DNA of 64,000 bases from the NCBI GenBank assembly GCA_047946875.1, contig CP181398.1, positions 1,233,329-1,297,328 of the forward strand. The letters are read 5' to 3'. A model generated the notes under the pieces. The model was not told where the DNA came from. It did not search any database and was given only the letters and a program-made list of their open reading frames with translations. Of the stretch, positions 59,301 to 64,000 are shown in pieces; the first letter of the stretch is position 1; each line of letters opens with the position of its first letter. Position numbers and translations under genes: made by a program. This DNA is from Candidatus Kerfeldbacteria bacterium (GTDB lineage Bacteria; Patescibacteriota; Patescibacteriia; UBA10025; JAHIVO01).

Positions 59301-62261
59301 CCATTATCAGGGGGTGATGCAGAATGTGAAGAAATTAAGGGGGAACCTAACGAACTTGAACTAGATCTTAATCAATTTTTTACAACAAAATGGTATCCAA
59401 GAGAGATTGACCCTCCAGCACCATCAACAATATATTGGACGGAGGAAACTGACAAGGGTATAGTCCCCTCTCCGAATGGTAATTTGGATGAAAATAATAT
59501 TGCTAAGATTGTTACACCGGGTGATGTGAATAAAACTGGTATTTCCTATAACCTTGGTGATACTATAATAAAGGATTATGAATATGCGATGTCTTTCAAA
59601 TTAAGATGGTCAAGTGTCCCATCAGAGTTTGATAAGATAAGAGTGGAGCTAGAATATAGAGACCCAGATGGAGTTCTTGTGAATTGGAATCAACGTTTTG
59701 CTGAAGATATTACGCCAAGTGAAAATTGGACAGAATATGCTCTTGGGCCGATACCGGCTGGATTTGATGAAGGGCTTACTACAATTACTAATTATGGAGA
59801 TGTTTCTCTAAATATTATTCATGTATATGATCCAGCTGGTGGGGCGGTACCTTCAGTAACATTTTATATCGACGATGTATCTATGGATCCAGTTTTGACT
59901 ACAAAGAATGGTACTTGCCAAACAGTTAGTGATGATCTAGCTGTCCAAACTGCTTATGAAGTGACTGGGTTTGCTGATAAACAATGTAATTCAATTGGTG
60001 ATTGTGCGACGGCTGGATTTAATGACTTGGCAGTAAAATGCGAAGGTATGGAGAATATTGCAAGATCTTGTAGATTATATCCAAAAGACGATTCTAGATA
60101 TTGTACTTATGTTGATCAAAATAATACAACCTTCCAAGGTTGGTATGGATATTGTCTTGAGCAGGATCCAAATAATTCAGAATATTGTTTGAACTGGTGG
60201 CCAGTTGATTTGCTTAGTGGTGAATCAGATGTATTTGGAACCTTACCTCCGTTTAATTTGAAAATACGTCAGCCTCTATATATGTGTCTGGAAGCGGAAG
60301 GTAATTATAATAATGGATTATTTATTGGAAATATTGATGTAAATGATAATAATTGGAATTCGTGCCACGACGATGATAACGGCAATAGTAGTAAAGATCT
60401 TCCAGAAGTAGCATCTCCTCTAGTTGGTATTACAAAGGGTTATCAACAGACTATGGTAACCCCTCATGATAGAACTCCTAATTGGCATGGTGATAGCTGT
60501 AATCAACAAGGAGAAGTTTATAATTTGATTCCTAATAGAGATTCAGGCACACACCCCGGAGTTTTATTTTCTTGTGATGATGGTGATGGTGGTTGTGGTT
60601 CACCTTCTGCTCCCGCAACACCTCTCTTACCAGAAGATCAATATTATATGTGGGAAATTGAAAGGATAGTTGTAGTTGGTCAATTATGGAGTCATGAAGA
60701 TTGGGATCCTAAAAATGCATCAAAATATCGACAATATAATGATGCAGGGAATGAATCTATGGATTTTAGTAACTCTGCTGTTTATGGGGATGACCCTAAT
60801 ATTAATGGATTTCCGTATTTTATTTTTCCAACGGATTATATTAATATTAATAATCTAAAAGCCTCTTGGTCTTCTCCCGGTAGTACAGTATGGAGCGCTT
60901 CTTATGGAAGTTTTAATATAGATGTAGGTGGTAATGATGGTAATTGGGACCCTGCAAATGTTCATAAATCAAATATTTTTACTTTTAGCCTTATTTTTGA
61001 TGCTAATGATAAATTAACTACAATTGGTACGTATATTCATGATTATGATAATGGAGGGGCATTTTGGGCAACTCCAATCTTTTATCTAAAAGATCAGTGT
61101 ACAAGAATTGTGGGAGTGAATAAAGCTGATAATACAAATAAAGCTTGGGCTAGTAAATTAAATAGTAATAGTTCTTATCGAGTTCCAGATCTTGATTATA
61201 CTTATAATCAATTTTCTAGTCCTTATGGCGGTATTATTCAGCCTAGCCCGATTACTTCTGAACCCGTAAATTGGAATGCTTCTAATGGGGCTGGACCGCT
61301 ATTTCTACAAAGTCCTACCAATCATGCTCATGCTGGAAGTGCCTATAGTTTTGTATCTCCAAATGATTCAGCTGGTCGCTTGTGTAGTGTGATTGTTGCA
61401 GGAGCTAATTACTCAACACAAAATGTATGTCTAGATATGGAGGATGTAGAAGAATGTAATCTTGCTGGTGGTACTTGTATTGGTACAGGACAAGGTTTTT
61501 GTGAACAAGATCCAACTATATTCTGTCGTCCAACACTACCAGTAGCTGATCCAATATTTGATACAGATTGTGAGGATTCTAGTTTCGATTATTACGGTCC
61601 ATGTATTATGGGTACTGGTGGTGCTGCAGGTATAATAAATTATACTGACGGAATGGATATAATAAGACTATTATTTGCCAATACTTTTCAAGTTTGGGAT
61701 TGGAATGATACAGGTGGTTTGTATGAAGTATCTAGTTCAGTAGTTTCTACTGATTTAGTAGATCAGGATGCAAATACCTCAATTTATAATGGTATGCCTT
61801 TGTGTCTACCTGTTGGTTCTCAATTCCGTACACCAAATACTTATTGTGGAATACCTCCAGTCTTAGATGTTACGTTAAGCAATTCACCTGGTCAGACTGT
61901 TGATTTGAGTCATGCAGGTGGAAGAGTTTCATTTACTGTTAATGTCAAAGCAGATCCTGAGCAATTACCTATTACGCAGATAGAGATTGATTGGAACGCT
62001 TTGGACGGGGATAGTGTGGATCAAACACTGTTTGGACCTTTTGATTCTGGTACCTTTATAATTAATCATGTTTATACTACTTCAGGTTCTGGAGGACAAA
62101 CTTTTCAGCCACAATTTAAAGTTATAGATAATTGGGATTGGTGTGGAGCATCTTCTGATGAACCATGTACTAATAATACTAATTGTCGTAATACAGGTGA
62201 ACCTGGTTATACTTGTGATTGGGTAAATCCTGGAATTTTTGTTAATGTTAGTGCAATATAG
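53361..62261 (+). CDS. giant Cys-rich secreted protein (2966 aa) with CBM4/9-like domains
   Basis: signal/TM N-terminus, many C-x6-C-x4-C units, three CBM-like segments (NSNFE...SFYAK...IDNIQ type) and a PKD-like C-terminus. Confidence 0.85.
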   Translation: MSKGKNKISSFKKKWILVGVLVFFAIQLLMPIIVMPKQANAVLGVGDTTITLGDIPRLIWDSISSAIKKAGAVAFKNAVKTFANNLAYNAATGLATGEKGEKPLFTTEPLKILEQAADIAAGDFLDSVAGDWLGKAKCAGYYGEDVSCKDDQGCPTPVLDCTAIENFTSLQKSICSEGVEFMEVCLAQGCVIEEIENREMFNFLMDIGVVGVNNEPYIEGSPKCTNDFSLCDQSDLFKVNINIKTRASLDPATKDTISGKCQVTDIIDIMEQNVDDANNLWEDLTNKEKNNLYLQQIAKGFNPEVSELGAYITISNRTKDEAAKAQKNTEFSEQLSGGLSSVTSKISGAVKTPGPLLESAINSTFKTSLDLQNTFTGEIIADAIGTFTSTLANKMMDKYFEGLVEPELNSGGGSSSLLGGLLGGVRSGITAAKLLFADLKQVNYSVGGNLDILSSLASCPDTEDPTQDTCVIDSRFYTAIEQQLTVREALDAGLLDGNKLFGYDINGNQPEYYNGYPYRSLVILRKYRVLPVGWELAANYMREYARGFYSLNILIDEYDNIDSPFYHLVDPNWVLKAPSVYCERQGAGDKIEYSDAIRSEDTNKLPDSGIDSKDAAIPIVTRNSNYCADEQLCLIENDDGSCKKYGYCIEEEPIWKFAGAACQEEYSSCQSFGENENYLTNSLDYGTCNSENAGCQWYCQDYDLVSGEWQCTNQDPPAGGNKISFNDNAESCSANGEGCSEYIPITNSGANLVKNSNFEDFDTTADVALATDGLRDLALPIPPPFGGTSLPDDFADWSHNYVNGVDPCQQRSLASSDSFGGLTAARIHQYPACPSGDGQYMTQRLDTGYLTDNRTFTVSFYAKRAEGGTCNATNDNVLIDFTRNFAPASPGPPPILADVQYVGGQTANVSADWTRYALTFNFDSQPASRWNWGTTALNNHYKRTFILFVRHNSTDCDILIDNIQVEEGGLTNYKAYEDSSKTYLKKAPEYLNCTGGPFDDPLCLNFALNCSADEVGCQKFTSTTSGQSVTGTITNIGICNPNDPSSCDQCPLEFVGCQAYRELATENVPYRPAVDPVSFVQETGLSCPASAVGCEEYTNLEEIAAGGEGREYYSWIKQCVEESDPNVSTYYTWEGSEEFGYQLKDYQLKTSNVADPDILGPPLNTTKYGPCTNMAPEDPYLDTLGLGWNTCIDDEVVDRNGDGIIDETYDMQVCTLAEVGVDPDCAEFIDEEGYRFYRLKSKVIYTSSNCKVYRNSLDSGATCQAGFCTNNNSICATDSTCTDILYHMIPNQGNSCSAQYAGCRAYKGNAGDNSHVIYSYNFESGDLDTWNSGVPANPTLLSNESVNFGGHSMLFFDAAYYRWLTAANELLPIKGNSYNLSFWAKAGTSDSIIEASFGQMGFTKKFEGSAVARVGEWNQYEVGPLYVDWDVLPNSISMFFETTGSVYIDNIQLSEIVDNIYKVKDSYTRCDGYENCDQYTDIPGATHYLKSFSSLCGEDKIGCEAMIDTKNSSTPGELEYEVAAGVLKYIPKDTTITLVNDPNKRCSAGEKGCEWLGVPTINSVGNVSSFDDAYIKNDPDKYDTDLCLFEESGCKEYITPEGSKYYFKDPTSNICEYKRVAGQSKSGWYQNETNVGEPDCPVTVGVCKNSPISDEGKACGTDLDCDDGAGFCAIGYCEDNTTLCSDNGMCVGDCIPSFNVVPQPNGEWAGVCPITASTCTEYRDPEKPFFYDSATPGDITYCDVTLADGGSDGDNTYDCDSYYYLSNEIDEASCNGLVDREEGCLLFNNTAAENLIFYADDTKNGTAPEVCDITTVPPEECDSNIIIKVNKDRVCGRWIDCETSIPPTDGSSNSLCTEINICEKMDSLSTNCIKWDGKASDINQTYDTPAFVDKIKNYSGLVLAGLDWDKRCTNDTNKVCLVDTDCGTLPAHKCSDPQIYEGSLPTALMSQVGSAAFNGNLIPDGDFGDSNYKLNQKLSCPLSGGDAECEEIKGEPNELELDLNQFFTTKWYPREIDPPAPSTIYWTEETDKGIVPSPNGNLDENNIAKIVTPGDVNKTGISYNLGDTIIKDYEYAMSFKLRWSSVPSEFDKIRVELEYRDPDGVLVNWNQRFAEDITPSENWTEYALGPIPAGFDEGLTTITNYGDVSLNIIHVYDPAGGAVPSVTFYIDDVSMDPVLTTKNGTCQTVSDDLAVQTAYEVTGFADKQCNSIGDCATAGFNDLAVKCEGMENIARSCRLYPKDDSRYCTYVDQNNTTFQGWYGYCLEQDPNNSEYCLNWWPVDLLSGESDVFGTLPPFNLKIRQPLYMCLEAEGNYNNGLFIGNIDVNDNNWNSCHDDDNGNSSKDLPEVASPLVGITKGYQQTMVTPHDRTPNWHGDSCNQQGEVYNLIPNRDSGTHPGVLFSCDDGDGGCGSPSAPATPLLPEDQYYMWEIERIVVVGQLWSHEDWDPKNASKYRQYNDAGNESMDFSNSAVYGDDPNINGFPYFIFPTDYININNLKASWSSPGSTVWSASYGSFNIDVGGNDGNWDPANVHKSNIFTFSLIFDANDKLTTIGTYIHDYDNGGAFWATPIFYLKDQCTRIVGVNKADNTNKAWASKLNSNSSYRVPDLDYTYNQFSSPYGGIIQPSPITSEPVNWNASNGAGPLFLQSPTNHAHAGSAYSFVSPNDSAGRLCSVIVAGANYSTQNVCLDMEDVEECNLAGGTCIGTGQGFCEQDPTIFCRPTLPVADPIFDTDCEDSSFDYYGPCIMGTGGAAGIINYTDGMDIIRLLFANTFQVWDWNDTGGLYEVSSSVVSTDLVDQDANTSIYNGMPLCLPVGSQFRTPNTYCGIPPVLDVTLSNSPGQTVDLSHAGGRVSFTVNVKADPEQLPITQIEIDWNALDGDSVDQTLFGPFDSGTFIINHVYTTSGSGGQTFQPQFKVIDNWDWCGASSDEPCTNNTNCRNTGEPGYTCDWVNPGIFVNVSAI

Positions 62262-62277
62262 TAGTTAATATAATATT

Positions 62278-64000
62278 ATGTTTTCTTATTTTTTGAGAAA
62301 AATTAAAGATTTTTTTATTATTAAACCTCGATTGGCTAAATTTTCCGTGGTTGTTTTAGTGTTGGTAGTAGCTGTAGGAATATTTTCTTTTGCATCACCG
62401 GCAAGTGCTGCTGGGGTAGGAGATTATTTAGCTGATGGTATATCTTGGTTACTATTAGCTTTAGCTGCATTTATTGGTAAATTATTAGTTTTAGTAATTG
62501 GTGTATTATTGGAGATTGTATCTTATAATGATTTTACAAACTCTCCTGCGGTAGAAAAGGGTTGGATAGTACTTCGTGATCTGTGTAATTTATTTTTTAT
62601 ATTAATATTATTAGTCATTGCTTTCGGCTCTATATTAAGATTAGAAAATTATAAATATAATAAACTTCTTGGTAAGTTAGTGATCATGATTATTCTGGTT
62701 AATTTCTCTAGAATGATTGCGGGATTTTTTATTGACGTTAGTCAAGTTGTATTATTAACATTTACAAATGCTTTTTCTGGTGCTGCAGCAGCAAATTTTA
62801 CGACAGGTTTGAAGCTTAAAGAAATGTTAAATATTTCTGGTGTAAATGCTAGGTCAGGAGGTATTACGGCAACTGATCTATTAAGTTTATCATTATTACC
62901 AGTTATTTTATTAACTGTAGCTCTGTTTACCATGGTTGCTATGGTGGCAGTATTCTTGGTACGTATTATAATGTTATGGGTACTGATAATATTATCACCA
63001 CTGGCATATTTGTTAGCAGTATTACCTACCACTCAAAAATACAGTCAACAGTGGTGGTCAAATTTTGTGAAATGGACAGTAACTGGACCAATTCTAGCCT
63101 TTTTTATCTGGTTTGGGTTGACTTTGATATCTGGGGGAGATTTAGTTGATATTAATAATTCAGGTACTCAGCTGGTAAATTCTGGTGGTTCTGCGACGGC
63201 AGTAAATATATCTAATGTATCTGATTCTCAAAGTCTATTATCTTTTGTAATGGCTATTGGTATGTTTATTATATCTTTGATAACCGCTCAGAGTTTAGGT
63301 GGAATGGCTGGTAGCATGGCTGGGAAAGCACTAGGCGGTTTGAAAACTATGGGAGCAAAGGCTTTGAAATATACTTCACCTGCCCTTGGTGTAGCCAAAG
63401 GAGCTGGTGAATTAGCTAAAATGGGTGGCAGAAAACTTCGTCGTGAATACCGTGATAGCACGCTTGGAAAATATACAAATATCGGTGCGACGATTGCCGG
63501 GGCTAAAAAACGTGGTGAAGAGGTAGAGTCTTTTTCTAAGGAAAGAGCAACTGCTCAAGGTAAAGAAATGTGGGATAAAAGACCTGGATTTACTGGTGGA
63601 GGAGCTGATGTAGTTCCGGAAGTTCAGATGGTTGAGCGTAGATACGAAAGGAAAGTTGCTGGTGAAGTATCTACTCTACAAAAAGAACAAAAATCAGCTT
63701 TACTTAAAAAAGTTTGGGACAAAAAAGGAAAGCAAGCTGAAATTACCAGAAAAGCCTTATTACAAAGTTTGGGTGCTGAAGGTCATATTGATGATGCCTT
63801 GGATACAGATTTCTTTAAAAATGAGGCAAAGTGGACGGATGCAAGTGGTAAATCTCAAAATGGTTTTAAAGATAAAAATGGTAATTTTGATTCTAATATG
63901 GCTAGAAGTAATTTTATGAGAGCTACTGTTTCTAGCGGTGGTCAGAGAAGTGCTCGGGTTAAAGATATAGATCCAAATTCTCTTGGTACATTATATGACA
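62278..64000 (+). CDS. VirB6/TrbL-like polytopic membrane protein (truncated by window end)
   Basis: frame from ATG 62278 appears open to the window end (spot-checked): MFSYFLRK...GWIVLRDLCNLFFILILLVIAF...LVNFSRMIAGFFID; absent from the ORF track because it has no stop. Confidence 0.75.
   Translation, partial: MFSYFLRKIKDFFIIKPRLAKFSVVVLVLVVAVGIFSFASPASAAGVGDYLADGISWLLLALAAFIGKLLVLVIGVLLEIVSYNDFTNSPAVEKGWIVLRDLCNLFFILILLVIAFGSILRLENYKYNKLLGKLVIMIILVNFSRMIAGFFIDVSQVVLLTFTNAFSGAAAANFTTGLKLKEMLNISGVNARSGGITATDLLSLSLLPVILLTVALFTMVAMVAVFLVRIIMLWVLIILSPLAYLLAVLPTTQKYSQQWWSNFVKWTVTGPILAFFIWFGLTLISGGDLVDINNSGTQLVNSGGSATAVNISNVSDSQSLLSFVMAIGMFIISLITAQSLGGMAGSMAGKALGGLKTMGAKALKYTSPALGVAKGAGELAKMGGRKLRREYRDSTLGKYTNIGATIAGAKKRGEEVESFSKERATAQGKEMWDKRPGFTGGGADVVPEVQMVERRYERKVAGEVSTLQKEQKSALLKKVWDKKGKQAEITRKALLQSLGAEGHIDDALDTDFFKNEAKWTDASGKSQNGFKDKNGNFDSNMARSNFMRATVSSGGQRSARVKDIDPNSLGTLYD

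Noticed and set aside
62742-63919. ORFs 62742-63032 (-) and 63632-63919 (+)
   Set aside because: Shadow frames inside the VirB6-like gene starting at 62278
1-64000. Alternative genetic code (UGA as Gly or Trp)
   Set aside because: Conserved genes are full length under code 11 with no in-frame TGA

Overview
AT-rich bacterial chromosome segment read with genetic code 11. It is very probably from a Patescibacteria/CPR (Parcubacteria-like) genome, inferred from the gene repertoire, the mostly SD-less core genes and the giant Cys-rich protein plus VirB6-like locus. Core genes are gyrA, rpsA, ftsH, HU, ymdB-like, rny, clpP, nrnA, rbfA, infB, trxA, trxB, gdhA, a dksA-like gene, lspA, comM/yifB, leuS, tsaC and rsmA. 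There are three tRNAs (Ile-UAU, Arg-CCU, Ala-GGC), two perfect parS sites, two FG-GAP surface proteins, a two-component cluster and several orphan genes. Main observations: (1) a duplicated tRNA-Ile 5' fragment carries two clean palindromic insertions right next to the intact, empty gene, and further palindromes lie in-frame in leuS and in a 5' UTR; (2) LeuRS has an inserted ASCH domain; (3) the tRNA-Ile has the rare UAU anticodon; (4) a candidate 72-nt structured RNA lies upstream of clpP; (5) 65-bp direct repeats bracket one surface-protein gene; (6) an operon behind a consensus promoter encodes a 2966-aa Cys-rich protein and a VirB6-like protein; (7) orphan genes share a boxA-like/strong-SD leader; (8) the LysM-M23 gene probably starts at a non-AUG codon. 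No CRISPR array, rRNA, transposase or integrase was seen. All family assignments come from recognising motifs by eye; no database searches were run.
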